The notes beneath the pieces are model-generated. The model searched no databases and was not told the origin of the DNA. It worked only from the letters and a program-made list of their open reading frames with translations. A DNA stretch of 63,167 bases. Source: an uncultured virus (IMG/VR IMGVR_UViG_3300031998_000023) (lineage: Duplodnaviria > Heunggongvirae > Uroviricota > Caudoviricetes). The position numbers and the translations under genes were made by a program. Position 1 is the first letter of the stretch; each line of letters starts with the position of its first letter. The stretch lies in the IMG/VR virus record IMGVR_UViG_3300031998_000023. The stretch is one strand, 5' to 3'. Positions 10,293 to 20,886 of the stretch are shown here, piece by piece.

Positions 10293-10637
10293 ATGGTAGA
10301 ACCGATTAGACCTGAAGAAATTAAAGTGCAAAAGGTTGAATTCCCTGATTTTGTCATTGAAGCCTTCAATGAACTTATTCAAGAAAAATGGAATGAAGCC
10401 AAGAAATCTGCTGTTGTAAAGCAAGAAGAAATCGTTATCAGAATTTTGGAAAAATCAGTTAGCGACAAGAACAACGCAGAAGTTATCGAAAGAAACGAAA
10501 TCTTCAAGAACCACTGGCTTGATGTGGAAGACACATACAGGGCTTATGGATGGGACGTTAAGTACTTCAAGAAGCCTTATTTCGAAACAAAGAAAGATAG
10601 TTATTTTGTGTTTACGAAAAATGAAGAAACAGATTAG
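10293..10637 (+). CDS. hypothetical phage protein
   Basis: PDFVIEAFNELI..WLDVEDTYRAYGWDVKY. Confidence 0.75.
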   Translation: MVEPIRPEEIKVQKVEFPDFVIEAFNELIQEKWNEAKKSAVVKQEEIVIRILEKSVSDKNNAEVIERNEIFKNHWLDVEDTYRAYGWDVKYFKKPYFETKKDSYFVFTKNEETD

Positions 10638-10959
10638 AAAAACAGGCGAAATCATTGAAGTCATCACTTACAGTGGGGGTAGCACTCAAAGAACAGAAAA
10701 TGACTATGTAAGTTATATCAATGAGCGTGGAGAAGAAAGGTCTGCAAAACTCAATTACTTTTGGGATTTGGCTGACGTTGATGATGGCAAAGTATCTTAT
10801 TGGGAAGACTTTAGAAATAAAGCAGCCCTGAAGATATTTTGTAAGAGATTAAGTAGTTGCTATAATGATGAAGACATCATTGATTCAATGAGTTTGTCTA
10901 TTCATTATGCCAATCACTTAACATCAATGCTTATGGACAATAAGTTCAAAAAAGAATAA
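10621..10959 (+). CDS. hypothetical protein
   Basis: Start moved to MKKQIRKTGE. Confidence 0.65.
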   Translation: MKKQIRKTGEIIEVITYSGGSTQRTENDYVSYINERGEERSAKLNYFWDLADVDDGKVSYWEDFRNKAALKIFCKRLSSCYNDEDIIDSMSLSIHYANHLTSMLMDNKFKKE

Positions 10960-10964
10960 TAGAC

Positions 10965-11165
10965 ATGAAAAAGTGGAGATTGACAAAGGTGTTTAGAATT
11001 GATGAACACCTTGTGGTTGCCGACTCTATAGAAAAGGCAATCAAATTATATAAAGCCTATATGGATGATGAATATATCACCATTAAACATGTTGAAACCG
11101 TTTTTGGTGATTACTCATGTATTCAAGATGGCGCAATAATAGAGAGAAAAGAAGATGAATATTGA
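10965..11165 (+). CDS. hypothetical protein
   Basis: ORF in gene run. Confidence 0.65.
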   Translation: MKKWRLTKVFRIDEHLVVADSIEKAIKLYKAYMDDEYITIKHVETVFGDYSCIQDGAIIERKEDEY

Positions 11166-12357
11166 TTTCAAACGTATTTTTACAAATATGCCCATTGGGA
11201 CTAAGTTATATAGCCCAATATGTGGAGAATGTATTCTTGAGCGCATAAATACTGAAGGTGATGTTATCACAAGTTTTACCGATGAAAAAGGTGAGAAAAG
11301 ACACATGACTTTCAACGGTAATTTTGGACTTGTAAAAGATTGTAACCATGGAAAGGTTATGATTTATCCTGATGACGAAATGAGATGGGATTATTGGCAA
11401 ACAAAGTTGTTCAAGAAAGGCGATTATGTTTCAAATTCAAAGGGTTTTATTGCTATTTTCATAAACAAAACCGAATGTTATTCATTCAAAGGTGAAAAAA
11501 AGGCTTTTTTTGACCTAACAACTTTTCACTATGCCGATAAAAAGGAAAGGGAATTGCTTGATAATTCTTTGAGAGAAGAAGGATTTGTTTGGGATGGCAA
11601 TAATATGGCCGTTATTGTTGATACACCTAATTTTAAGATTGGCGAGATAATCAAAGTTAAGAATACTGGTTATTTTAATTCTGGAAATCCTATTAAAATT
11701 GTTGACATTAAGAAAACAAAGTATGTTTTTGAAGACGGAACAACAATGCCAATAGTCAAACAAGGTGAATATGTACATGTAGGATATGCACCAATTTTTA
11801 AGAAAGGACAACTTATCAGGCATAAGACAAATAAAGAACATTTTGTAGTTGATGATGTTACTGAACGCTACTATGTCCTTAAAGGATTAAAAAGACAAAA
11901 TCTTCTTCTTGACTTTCAAAACGAATGGGAAGTAGTTCTTGCTGAGCATCCTGATTATTGTTCATATGGCAATTGTAAGTTATTGTATGAAAATGGATTT
12001 GAATTTGGACCTCCATTTGCTGCTTGTGACTTGTATGATATATATGGATTCTACTCAGGTGATAGCCATCAAGTAGTGTTTGATGATTATGTTGTTGATG
12101 AAAAAGATGTTCTTAGAATACCTCAAGATTCAGCAATTAAATGGATTCGTGACATATACGGAGTTGAAATCGGTACAACTCCTATGGTTGACTCTGAAAC
12201 AAATAAGACTGTTTATATTCCGTATGCAAGAACACGTGATAATGATGGTTTGACATTTGTAAACAGAATGGGATACCAAGAGGTTAAAGAAGTTGAAAGC
12301 CCAAGTGGTGCTATTGATTGCGCAATAAGATTTGTTTTAACAAAACTATACAAATGA
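11155..12357 (+). CDS. multidomain hypothetical protein
   Basis: N-term resembles 16145..16783, two FK.G repeats, C-term KLL.E.GF-family domain. Confidence 0.75.
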   Translation: MNIDFKRIFTNMPIGTKLYSPICGECILERINTEGDVITSFTDEKGEKRHMTFNGNFGLVKDCNHGKVMIYPDDEMRWDYWQTKLFKKGDYVSNSKGFIAIFINKTECYSFKGEKKAFFDLTTFHYADKKERELLDNSLREEGFVWDGNNMAVIVDTPNFKIGEIIKVKNTGYFNSGNPIKIVDIKKTKYVFEDGTTMPIVKQGEYVHVGYAPIFKKGQLIRHKTNKEHFVVDDVTERYYVLKGLKRQNLLLDFQNEWEVVLAEHPDYCSYGNCKLLYENGFEFGPPFAACDLYDIYGFYSGDSHQVVFDDYVVDEKDVLRIPQDSAIKWIRDIYGVEIGTTPMVDSETNKTVYIPYARTRDNDGLTFVNRMGYQEVKEVESPSGAIDCAIRFVLTKLYK

Positions 12358-12767
12358 GATACGACCAACAAGAAAGAGACTTTTCTAAGCCATACAAAAC
12401 CTTTAATGATTTGTCTGAGGGAGATAAAATCTTTATGTACGACATAGAAGAGAACGAAGTCTACGATTGTAAAGTGTCTAAAATAGAAAAAGAAGATGCT
12501 TCAAGCTATTTTGACGTTAATCGTAAAGAAGTTAAATTGGTGGTTGATAAACTTGGTGTTTGTTCATACGGATTTACTGTGTATGATGGAAACACCTTTA
12601 TATCAATGTACCATAACGGCGAATGTTTTGCAATCACTGACAAACGAATTGCAGAACAAATATCATATATAATATTGCATAGAAATCAATACCAATGGTC
12701 CACGATTATGAAAGTATTCGGCGGACCTCTTGATGGATATGCCAAACAACCAGTAATTTTAGGATAA
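12354..12767 (+). CDS. hypothetical protein
   Basis: ATG coupled to upstream stop. Confidence 0.7.
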   Translation: MRYDQQERDFSKPYKTFNDLSEGDKIFMYDIEENEVYDCKVSKIEKEDASSYFDVNRKEVKLVVDKLGVCSYGFTVYDGNTFISMYHNGECFAITDKRIAEQISYIILHRNQYQWSTIMKVFGGPLDGYAKQPVILG

Positions 12768-12768
12768 T

Positions 12769-13083
12769 ATGGGCGGATTTATTGCTAAACAACCAAACGG
12801 ATTGTATTGTAGATTCTCAACTGTTGTTGATACAATTACCAACATGAATATGACTGAAGAAGACTACATTAATTATTGCGTTGAACGTGCTAAAGAAGAA
12901 GCAGTTAGAGAGGCAAAAGATGTACTTAAACATTGGATTCATCCTTTTGAAGAAGTGAAAAATTCATTTCACCCAGGAAATAACACAATTGAAGAATTTA
13001 ACGAAATGCTTCATGAAATGGGTGATGAAGAAGGTCTTAGCGAAGAACGTATTAAAGAACTTGAAGAACTTTTAAAAGAATAA
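12769..13083 (+). CDS. hypothetical phage protein
   Basis: FIAKQPNGLYCRFSTVVD motif. Confidence 0.75.
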   Translation: MGGFIAKQPNGLYCRFSTVVDTITNMNMTEEDYINYCVERAKEEAVREAKDVLKHWIHPFEEVKNSFHPGNNTIEEFNEMLHEMGDEEGLSEERIKELEELLKE

Positions 13084-13087
13084 TAAA

Positions 13088-13381
13088 ATGGGACTTTACA
13101 AAAAATGGAAAGAGCATAACGCTTTCAATGCTGAAAACTGTAGAAGAAAGCAAAACAAAATGGTAAACGACAGATATGAAAAGAAAATCGAAGACATTCG
13201 AGCAAGAATTGATTATGTCGTAAATAACTGTTCTGATGAACATGCAGTAATCTATTGCGTTAAAAACAATGAAAGAGACATGTATGAAAACATACAGAAT
13301 TACTTCTACAACCTTGGATTTACTGCTGTTATAGAGGAAATCAAGGGACTTAATAACGAATATCTAATAGTTAGTTGGTGA
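13088..13381 (+). CDS. hypothetical protein
   Basis: ORF in gene run. Confidence 0.7.
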   Translation: MGLYKKWKEHNAFNAENCRRKQNKMVNDRYEKKIEDIRARIDYVVNNCSDEHAVIYCVKNNERDMYENIQNYFYNLGFTAVIEEIKGLNNEYLIVSW

Positions 13382-13755
13382 TGGTTGTAATATTTTTGTT
13401 CTTATATTTCATTAATTTGGTATTGGATTTTTCATTCCAAACACCATTTATGTCAGAATACAAATCAAAGAGCGATTATGTTCTTTTCGTTCATTGTGCA
13501 ATTTGGGGCCTTGGTATATGGTTTGCACTTATGCCATTTGGCTTGTTTGCATGGTGGAAACTTGCAATGCTTGTTGGTGGACACTTTATTATTGACAGGT
13601 GGAAATGCCTTGGCCACTATAAATTATGGCCAATGAAGAAGGTATCGCTACCATTTGGCGATGGCTACAAAAAAGAACCTGTTATTTCAGACTTTGGTTC
13701 TCTTTACATTGACCAAACATTGCATGCAATTCAAATTGTATTATGCCTATTATAA
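13375..13755 (+). CDS. DUF3307-like membrane protein
   Basis: DF..Q, HCAIW, HFIID, DQTLH motifs. Confidence 0.7.
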   Translation: MVMVVIFLFLYFINLVLDFSFQTPFMSEYKSKSDYVLFVHCAIWGLGIWFALMPFGLFAWWKLAMLVGGHFIIDRWKCLGHYKLWPMKKVSLPFGDGYKKEPVISDFGSLYIDQTLHAIQIVLCLL

Positions 13756-13766
13756 TGCTGTAAGAT

Positions 13767-14144
13767 ATGGAAGATAGATATATTATCGAATGTACTTGTA
13801 TAAACAAAGATAACGACTTTGGAATGAATGTCGGCGATGTGTTTTACTACAACAAAAAAGCACAATCATACAGGTACTTAACTAAAAAATGGAGTAAAAA
13901 AGAATGGCATTATGACGTTGGTACTTGTAATCTTGTTATTGATGAGCCAGGAAATTGCAACCCATATTCAGATAACTATTGGGATTATTGTGCTCCTGTT
14001 ACTCCAAAAATGAATAATGCTAAGATTTTTAAACGTCTTGGCGAAACTGAAAATACAATTAAGCACGTTGAAAAAGTTGGGGATTTCTCTTGCAAAATCC
14101 TTGTTTTAAAAACAGTTGTAGAAGAATATAAAAAAGAAAAATAA
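13767..14144 (+). CDS. hypothetical protein
   Basis: ORF in gene run. Confidence 0.7.
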   Translation: MEDRYIIECTCINKDNDFGMNVGDVFYYNKKAQSYRYLTKKWSKKEWHYDVGTCNLVIDEPGNCNPYSDNYWDYCAPVTPKMNNAKIFKRLGETENTIKHVEKVGDFSCKILVLKTVVEEYKKEK

Positions 14145-14365
14145 TGAAAAAGAATACAATTAAATATAGAGTAGATTTTTCAGCGCACCAATCAGTTGTT
14201 GTTGAAGTACCTGATACTGAATACTCTGAGGAAGAAGCAATTAAGCTTGCAGAGAGATATGTATATGACATGTGTCCATCTTGGGAAGTTGATGATGGCG
14301 GAATTGAAGAAGCGGAAGATAACGATGAACCTGTAAATAATGTAGATATTGATTTTATAAACTAA
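14144..14365 (+). CDS. acidic hypothetical protein
   Basis: ORF in gene run. Confidence 0.7.
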   Translation: MKKNTIKYRVDFSAHQSVVVEVPDTEYSEEEAIKLAERYVYDMCPSWEVDDGGIEEAEDNDEPVNNVDIDFIN

Positions 14366-14378
14366 AAAAATTATAACT

Positions 14379-15092
14379 ATGACAGAACAAGAATTTCACG
14401 ACAGTAGAATACCATTCTATATTGAGCAAAATTATGAACATGATGTAAAAATATTACCAGCTGGGCTATCTCATAAGGATGCCATTCCTTTTTGGAAATA
14501 TGATGCTGTTGAAAAATATTGTGTTAGAGGGTATCTAAAAGATAGGGTTTTAATGCTTTATCAAGGAAAAGACTTTGAAATCCCGTTTGCAACATATGAC
14601 TTGGAAAAACTATTGAGGGAATTACAAATTCTTTCAGGCTCATTGGATTACATCGGACTTGGATGCAAAGTAGGTGAAGTTGGTGAGGTATGGGAACCAT
14701 TGGAAAAAATAGAAATGTCAAAGCACCCAAAGTACATATCATACATGATTACCATTGGAGGTGATGCAGGGTGGAGATTCAGCAACAGAAAAGAGTGGTG
14801 TTCAATTGAATATATTCTTTTGTTTGATTCTGAAAAATGGACCATGGAGGCCATTGCGGGTGAAATGAAAAATATATACAATTTGTATCGTAAGACCCAT
14901 GGGTTTACATATGCCGAAGAGTATGATAATGCAATAGAATATATAAAAAATTTGATTGCACGTGATGGGGTTTATGTGCGTAATGGAGGTCTTGGAGCTT
15001 CTGAGGAAAAAATAATAGACCCACCATTTTCTGAAGTTGAAATTTGGAACATGAATGGAAGTACTTATAATCCAAATTACAGTAAGGGCTAA
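14379..15092 (+). CDS. hypothetical protein
   Basis: ORF in gene run. Confidence 0.75.
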   Translation: MTEQEFHDSRIPFYIEQNYEHDVKILPAGLSHKDAIPFWKYDAVEKYCVRGYLKDRVLMLYQGKDFEIPFATYDLEKLLRELQILSGSLDYIGLGCKVGEVGEVWEPLEKIEMSKHPKYISYMITIGGDAGWRFSNRKEWCSIEYILLFDSEKWTMEAIAGEMKNIYNLYRKTHGFTYAEEYDNAIEYIKNLIARDGVYVRNGGLGASEEKIIDPPFSEVEIWNMNGSTYNPNYSKG

Positions 15093-15098
15093 AAAGTT

Positions 15099-15113
15099 TG
15101 GCACGGTTTTTGA
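15099..15113 (+). promoter_or_regulatory. class I sigma54-type promoter
   Basis: TGGCACGGTTTTTGA. Confidence 0.75.
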
Positions 15114-15147
15114 TAGGAAAACGGTAACAACTTAAAAAAAAATTACT

Positions 15148-15978
15148 ATGTTCGACATTTTTGGATTTAAAGCAAGAAAACAAGCAAGAGAAGAAAAAAG
15201 AAAGGCTAAAGAAGCCGAAAAACTTGCAATTGCTCAAGAAAAAAAGAGACAGTACAGAGAACGCAAAGAGAAAATTGATGCGTATTTGGCTGAGTACAAG
15301 AAGCAAGACGATGAAAGACGCTCTGAAAAATACAGAGAAAGAAGTGAACGTGCAAATAGAACCAATAACACGTGTCCAAAATGTGGCTCTAAGGATGTTA
15401 TTCATAATATTGTACGTGGTAAGGGAGAAATTCATGGAGAGAGTCATTCTTCATATACGTCTTCAAGCAGTAGTTTTTTGTTTGGTGGCTCATCATATGG
15501 CTATGGCTCAGGCCACGGAAAGATTGATGGCGAGTTTGACACGTTACCTGTGAATAAGTGCAAGAAATGTGGGAATGAATGGAACATTGAGGAGGTAAAA
15601 TATCCTGATAGCGAAAACATTTTCGATACATGGAAAGAGTTTGCCCCAAGTTGCTTGTATTATAGAATTGAGGAATATTTTAAATTAGAGTATGACCCAT
15701 ACGATGAGAAAGAGCCATGTAATTCTCTTGAAGAAAAGAGAGAAAAATTCTTTGAGGATGCATCAAAGAATTGGAATTTGGTAAAATACAAAAAGGTCCC
15801 AAGATATATGCTTGAATATGCTTTGTTTAACGGCATGACAGAATCTTCATATCGTATAGAGCATCTGCCTAAGGAATTCAATTATCACGAAGATGATGAC
15901 GAATATTCCTACAGGATGACAGATGAACTTTGGGAAATCGTTAAGAAAATCGTTGGATGGGAAGGAACTGAAGAATGA
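15148..15978 (+). CDS. coiled-coil plus Zn-ribbon protein
   Basis: CPKCGS...CKKCGNEW. Confidence 0.75.
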   Translation: MFDIFGFKARKQAREEKRKAKEAEKLAIAQEKKRQYRERKEKIDAYLAEYKKQDDERRSEKYRERSERANRTNNTCPKCGSKDVIHNIVRGKGEIHGESHSSYTSSSSSFLFGGSSYGYGSGHGKIDGEFDTLPVNKCKKCGNEWNIEEVKYPDSENIFDTWKEFAPSCLYYRIEEYFKLEYDPYDEKEPCNSLEEKREKFFEDASKNWNLVKYKKVPRYMLEYALFNGMTESSYRIEHLPKEFNYHEDDDEYSYRMTDELWEIVKKIVGWEGTEE

Positions 15979-16144
15979 AAACCTGTGTTAAGTGGTTTGT
16001 AAAAGATGGACTTGAATTTATTCCTGGTATGGAGTACAAAGTTGAGTTCAATCCAATTGACAAGAACCTATACATTTATACGGTTTGGGGATTTACCACG
16101 ATTACAACCTCACAATTAAGCACACACTTTATTTAATAAAAAAG

Positions 16145-16783
16145 ATGAATAACATATCAGAAATTTTAAAAAACGCCCCAGCGGGCTTAAAATTGTGGTC
16201 TATGGGCCATGGATATTGCACGTTTTATCGTGTATTTGATGACGTTGGTAAACGTGATTATATTAGAGTGTTTACTGTACGTGGTCAAAAACTTGAGTTT
16301 ATGCCTGACGGAAGATTAACTCCTGAAGGTGAATGTCTTCTTTTTCCATCCGAAACAAAGGATTGGGATAATTGGCAAGAAATATTAATGCCACAAGTCC
16401 CTGGTACGGTAATCGTTGATTCATATGGAGATTCATTTTTATTTGGCGGATATGAGTGGTATCCTAAAAACCCAAATGAATTGTTTTCTGTGATACGATA
16501 CCATAAATTCGATTACCATGATGCAAGATTTGCCACAAAGGAAGAGAGTGAGAAACTAATTGAAGAAATTAAAAGTAATGGGTTCGTTTGGAATGAAGAC
16601 AGCCGAACTTTAGAAAAATTACCTACTATGACGAAATTGGATGAATTAAAAGCATTGCAAAAAGAAATTGAAGAGTATGGCAAGTATCTTGAGGAATCAA
16701 CATACAATCCATATGAAAAAGTACAACATTTTTCAAAAACCCTTAAAGAAATTATAAATAAATATGAAGAGGATACCATTTGA
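16145..16783 (+). CDS. hypothetical phage protein
   Basis: MNNISEILKNAP.G.KLWS...GECLLFPS; paralog of 11155 N-term. Confidence 0.75.
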   Translation: MNNISEILKNAPAGLKLWSMGHGYCTFYRVFDDVGKRDYIRVFTVRGQKLEFMPDGRLTPEGECLLFPSETKDWDNWQEILMPQVPGTVIVDSYGDSFLFGGYEWYPKNPNELFSVIRYHKFDYHDARFATKEESEKLIEEIKSNGFVWNEDSRTLEKLPTMTKLDELKALQKEIEEYGKYLEESTYNPYEKVQHFSKTLKEIINKYEEDTI

Positions 16784-17294
16784 TTTAAAATACAGAAGTG
16801 AGATTGAAGATAAACAATATCACTTAGAAACAAAAGACGGAAAACCTGTTGAAATTGTTAAATGGGACAGTAATGGCCTTGCGCCAATAGTGGCACTTGT
16901 GGAAATGAGGGAAGGCCGAGGTGAAGAGCCTGTTTGGTACGATAACGATGGACACTGCCATGCATGTGGATTTGATGCCAATGATTTGATTATTGTAACT
17001 GATGAGCATGAAGCACCAGGAGAAATCCGTGCTTTAATTGAAGAAATGATTTCAGCAATTAATGAAAACGGACAAATGTCATCTATAAGAAAAGAACTTT
17101 TTATAGATACATATACAGAAAGGCTCACAAATTTAGCCATGAAGAAGATATGTGAAGACATTGAGGATTTTCCGGACGCTGATGAATACTATGATTATTG
17201 GTATGCATATACAGCACCTGAAGAAAAAACTGGGCGAATGTGCTTCGATGAAGGCCGAAAATATGAAAGAATGATAAAGAAAGGCACTGATTAA
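16764..17294 (+). CDS. hypothetical phage protein
   Basis: PFDL..R.EIE....ETKDGKPVEIVKWD. Confidence 0.75.
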   Translation: MKRIPFDLKYRSEIEDKQYHLETKDGKPVEIVKWDSNGLAPIVALVEMREGRGEEPVWYDNDGHCHACGFDANDLIIVTDEHEAPGEIRALIEEMISAINENGQMSSIRKELFIDTYTERLTNLAMKKICEDIEDFPDADEYYDYWYAYTAPEEKTGRMCFDEGRKYERMIKKGTD

Positions 17295-17308
17295 TCAGTG
17301 CTTTTTTT
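17282..17308 (+). terminator. intrinsic terminator
   Basis: GCACTGATTAATCAGTGC followed by T7. Confidence 0.8.
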
Positions 17309-17335
17309 GTTTTTAATTAGAATATTTTGTATAAT
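17307..17335 (+). promoter_or_regulatory. class II (sigma70-like) promoter
   Basis: TTGTTT-N17-TATAAT. Confidence 0.6.
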
Positions 17336-17355
17336 CTATAAAATTGTACACTAAT

Positions 17356-18066
17356 ATGAAGAAAGCTATTGAAATGATTGCCGATGAAAGAGAAAGGCAA
17401 AAAAAAGTTGAAGGTTGGAGTGAAGAACATGATGACCAACATATAGATAATGAGTTGGCTAATGCTGCCGCAACATATGCCATGGATAATAATTGTAGAG
17501 AAGCACTTACTGAAATGTGTCCTGAGCCATTATTGCCAGTACCACCAACATGGCCATTTGATGATAAATTTTGGAAGCCAAGTAAAGACAATAGGATTAG
17601 AGAACTTGTTAAAGCAGGTGCTTTGATTGTTGCTGAAATTGAAAGGCTTCAACGTTTGGAAGAACGTAAACGCATTTACATAAATGATGAATATGTAACA
17701 TATTACACAGCAAACCTTTTAAAAGAAAAAGGGTTTGATGGACCATGCGAAATGTTTTTTTGCAAACCGAGCGAAGGCTATATGAGTAATGAAAAATGCA
17801 GAGAATGGCATAACTCACGTCTTAGAAGCGATATGTCTTGTACTTGCCCGACTCAACAAATGGCGATGAAGTGGATTAGAGAAGCATACAAAATAAATTT
17901 ACAGCCTGAGATTTATTACTGTGAAGACGGGCAAAGATGGCTTTGCAAAATTTTAAAAATTGGAAAGTATAATACTGAACTTGTAAAAACAATTATGAAT
18001 AATGATTCATACGAAATTGCTTGTTCGAATGCAATCAATTATTGCCTTGAAGAATTAATACCATGA
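17356..18066 (+). CDS. two-domain phage protein (ER.RQ..EGW..EHDD.H domain + KLLKEKGF domain)
   Basis: RELVKAGALIVAEIERL then YVT..TA.LLKEKGF...PTQQMAMKW. Confidence 0.75.
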   Translation: MKKAIEMIADERERQKKVEGWSEEHDDQHIDNELANAAATYAMDNNCREALTEMCPEPLLPVPPTWPFDDKFWKPSKDNRIRELVKAGALIVAEIERLQRLEERKRIYINDEYVTYYTANLLKEKGFDGPCEMFFCKPSEGYMSNEKCREWHNSRLRSDMSCTCPTQQMAMKWIREAYKINLQPEIYYCEDGQRWLCKILKIGKYNTELVKTIMNNDSYEIACSNAINYCLEELIP

Positions 18067-18518
18067 ATGTAGAAAACTTGCAATCACAATGTTATGAAGA
18101 TACATCTGATTCATTACAAGAATCTTATGTTACAGTAGAAACAGCAAAATTGTTAAAAGAAAAAGGATTTAATGTAAAAACTGAATTTTTATACGAAGAA
18201 GGAAAGCCTAATTTAATTGAAAGTTATGTTTCAAATAGTGAATTACTTTCTGAATGCTATTCAGCTCCAACACATGATTTGGCCCTGAAATGGCTAAGAG
18301 AACGGCACAATATAGTTGTTCTGGCAAAGCCACTTGATTACGATGATAAGTTTTATATTGAAATATTCAAAAAGACTGATGGTGAGTGGCATTTATCCGG
18401 TGATGAAGACACAAGTTTGGTTTGGACGGGCGATACCCCATTGACTGTTAATTATAATACTTATGAAGAAGCCACAGATGAAGGCATAAAATATTGTTTA
18501 GAAAATTTGTTTAAATAA
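18063..18518 (+). CDS. KLLKEKGF-family hypothetical protein
   Basis: YVTVETAKLLKEKGF..APT..A.KWLRE.H..YEEA..GIKYCL. Confidence 0.75.
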   Translation: MNVENLQSQCYEDTSDSLQESYVTVETAKLLKEKGFNVKTEFLYEEGKPNLIESYVSNSELLSECYSAPTHDLALKWLRERHNIVVLAKPLDYDDKFYIEIFKKTDGEWHLSGDEDTSLVWTGDTPLTVNYNTYEEATDEGIKYCLENLFK

Positions 18519-18524
18519 AAAGTT

Positions 18525-18539
18525 TGGCACGATATTTGT
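18525..18539 (+). promoter_or_regulatory. class I sigma54-type promoter
   Basis: TGGCACGATATTTGT. Confidence 0.75.
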
Positions 18540-18571
18540 TATAGTTTGATAGAACTTAAAATTTTAATACA

Positions 18572-19024
18572 ATGAAAAAACTTTTCCTTATTCTTATTAC
18601 CGCTATCGTGATGACTGGATGTTACACAAGCGAAGACCAAAAACAATTACGTGACGAATGCAGAAGCCTTGAGGCCCAAAAGAGTTCTCTTACTTCTGAA
18701 ATTTCAAGACTTCAAAGCCGTAAAAGCACACTTTCCACTGACGTTGCACAACTTGAGCGTGAGAAAACCGCTTTAAGGAATGGAAGGGAGCCTGTTTACA
18801 TTGTTAAGTTTGAAATCAAACAAGGTACATTTACGCTTGACCCATTTGAGCATATCAAGAATTCCATGAATGCCATTGAGGTTGAGATTCCTGTGAACAA
18901 AGACTTTTATAATAGATTGTCTGTTGGACAGGATATTACTGATTCATTCAAGTACGGTTCACTTATCATGGATGGTGATTTCAGTACTTTGCATATGCGA
19001 GTGAAAAATAAGAGAATTGAATAA
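18572..19024 (+). CDS. coiled-coil lipoprotein
   Basis: VMTGC lipobox, heptad repeat. Confidence 0.75.
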   Translation: MKKLFLILITAIVMTGCYTSEDQKQLRDECRSLEAQKSSLTSEISRLQSRKSTLSTDVAQLEREKTALRNGREPVYIVKFEIKQGTFTLDPFEHIKNSMNAIEVEIPVNKDFYNRLSVGQDITDSFKYGSLIMDGDFSTLHMRVKNKRIE

Positions 19025-19031
19025 AAATTAA

Positions 19032-19427
19032 ATGACTGAAGAAGCATATGTTTCGTTTGAAACTGCTAAACTATTAAGAAAAAAAGGCTTTACAGAGCCA
19101 ACATATTGGGCATACCATATATTCGATGACGGATATTTGGACTTGCGCAGTTACAACTTTCCTTTAGGCAACATAGACTTGGATAATAGTGAATATGCTG
19201 CCCCGACACAACAGATGGCTATGCGATGGCTCAGAGAGACCCATAAGCTATCTGTTGAGTCTGTTTGGTTCTCAGACAAAGGTGTATGGTGGGGCCGTGT
19301 TGTTCCAATTGATTCAAACCCTGATGAAGAGTTGGAACAAAAGGCGTTGGGCTTTGATTACCCAGGATTATCCTATGAAGATGCGTGTGAAACAGGAATA
19401 AAATATTGCTTATTGAATTTGATATGA
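19032..19427 (+). CDS. KLLKEKGF-family hypothetical protein
   Basis: YVSFETAKLLRKKGF..APTQQMAMRWLRETH. Confidence 0.75.
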   Translation: MTEEAYVSFETAKLLRKKGFTEPTYWAYHIFDDGYLDLRSYNFPLGNIDLDNSEYAAPTQQMAMRWLRETHKLSVESVWFSDKGVWWGRVVPIDSNPDEELEQKALGFDYPGLSYEDACETGIKYCLLNLI

Positions 19428-19599
19428 CAAGGGAAGAAAAAATAAAAGACATAATTAGTACGTTGCTTGCATATGGCCTTATGGATTATGAAAGGGCAAA
19501 AAGAGATAATGAGTATTTACGTGAGTGTATCAGTACTTATGTGGAGGCCGCTAATATTGCAAGGGAAAGTATGAATATGCCATTAATTGATTTGGAATT

Positions 19600-19989
19600 A
19601 TGAACACTGAATTGACAACTGAAGAATGTAGAGAATTAGACAAAGATGCTGCTGAGTTCTTTTTGAATGCACAGACAGAATATGGTGGTTTTGGAAGATG
19701 GGCTATTGATTCAACGGGTATGGCCATGCCAAAAACAATGGCACAATTTGGTGCTGAATGGTATAAGAAAAAAGTTATAGAGAAAAATAAAAATCATTAC
19801 CATTGCGATACATGCTTTTTTGGCGAAGATGATAGTGGAAGCTATTTTTCAGATAGGCTAACAAGATATATCGAAGAAACATATAACAGAGAAGATATTG
19901 AAGTTGTTGACATGAAAATAACATATGAGAAAAGGCATATTGACCAGCCTGGCCAATATCGTGTGTTTTTCATTTATAAAAACATTTAA
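19600..19989 (+). CDS. hypothetical protein
   Basis: ORF in gene run. Confidence 0.7.
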   Translation: MNTELTTEECRELDKDAAEFFLNAQTEYGGFGRWAIDSTGMAMPKTMAQFGAEWYKKKVIEKNKNHYHCDTCFFGEDDSGSYFSDRLTRYIEETYNREDIEVVDMKITYEKRHIDQPGQYRVFFIYKNI

Positions 19990-19991
19990 CC

Positions 19992-20495
19992 ATGAGAATA
20001 TTAACTCCTGATAAGGAAATACAAGTAGAACCTAAAAAGTATGACATATCAAACAAAAATGACCTTTCAATATTCTTGGCAGGTACTATTGATAATGGGG
20101 AATCATATAATTGGCAACAAGGGGTGATTGATAATTTATCAAATTGCAATCTACCAAATTTAACCATATATAATCCGAGACGTGATAAATGGGACCCTGA
20201 TGCTGATGAAGAACAGATGTTTGAACAAATCAAATGGGAACAAAAGTACTTGAATGAATGTGACATTATATTGATGGTACTTAAAAAAGGCTCAAAATCT
20301 CCAATTAGTCTTTTGGAATTAGGCCAATTTTGTGATGATAACAAAATAATTTTATGTTGCGCTGAAGAATTTTATAGGCTTACAAATGTAAAGTATATTG
20401 CACAGGCTTATGAAATACCGTTGTATTATGTTGATGATGTTGATAAAATAACAGAAATAATTCTTGATACTATAAATTTAATTGGAGAACTATGA
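19992..20495 (+). CDS. nucleoside 2-deoxyribosyltransferase-like protein
   Basis: IFLAGTID..NWQ, YNPRR, EQIKWE, SPISLLELG. Confidence 0.85.
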   Translation: MRILTPDKEIQVEPKKYDISNKNDLSIFLAGTIDNGESYNWQQGVIDNLSNCNLPNLTIYNPRRDKWDPDADEEQMFEQIKWEQKYLNECDIILMVLKKGSKSPISLLELGQFCDDNKIILCCAEEFYRLTNVKYIAQAYEIPLYYVDDVDKITEIILDTINLIGEL

Positions 20496-20836
20496 AAGTA
20501 GAAGTTGAACATGTATTTCAATACGCAGTGTCATTAAATTCAGATTTGGATTATTTGAGGTTGCCTGTATATACCAATTTTGATTTCACAAAGAAATACG
20601 AAGATGTTGGTATGAGCCAGTTTGAAAGTCATTTAAGGGTTGAAGATGATATTAAAGACATTGTATTCAATAAGGAAAAAATAGAACAATTGAAGAAGGA
20701 ACTTTGCGAAAAGATTATGGCCTGTGAAAATCCTTTTAACATATGTTGTGTTGATTGGGACGGTGGCTATCTTGTCGAAGAAAAAGACATACTTGAAAAT
20801 CAAATAGATTTCAAAAAAAGATTTGGTGAACAATAA
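20492..20836 (+). CDS. hypothetical protein
   Basis: ORF in gene run. Confidence 0.7.
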   Translation: MKVEVEHVFQYAVSLNSDLDYLRLPVYTNFDFTKKYEDVGMSQFESHLRVEDDIKDIVFNKEKIEQLKKELCEKIMACENPFNICCVDWDGGYLVEEKDILENQIDFKKRFGEQ

Positions 20837-20839
20837 GTT

Positions 20840-20854
20840 TGGCACGATTTTTGA
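20840..20854 (+). promoter_or_regulatory. class I sigma54-type promoter
   Basis: TGGCACGATTTTTGA. Confidence 0.75.
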
Positions 20855-20886
20855 TTTATGAATTGTAAATTTTAAAACTTTATATT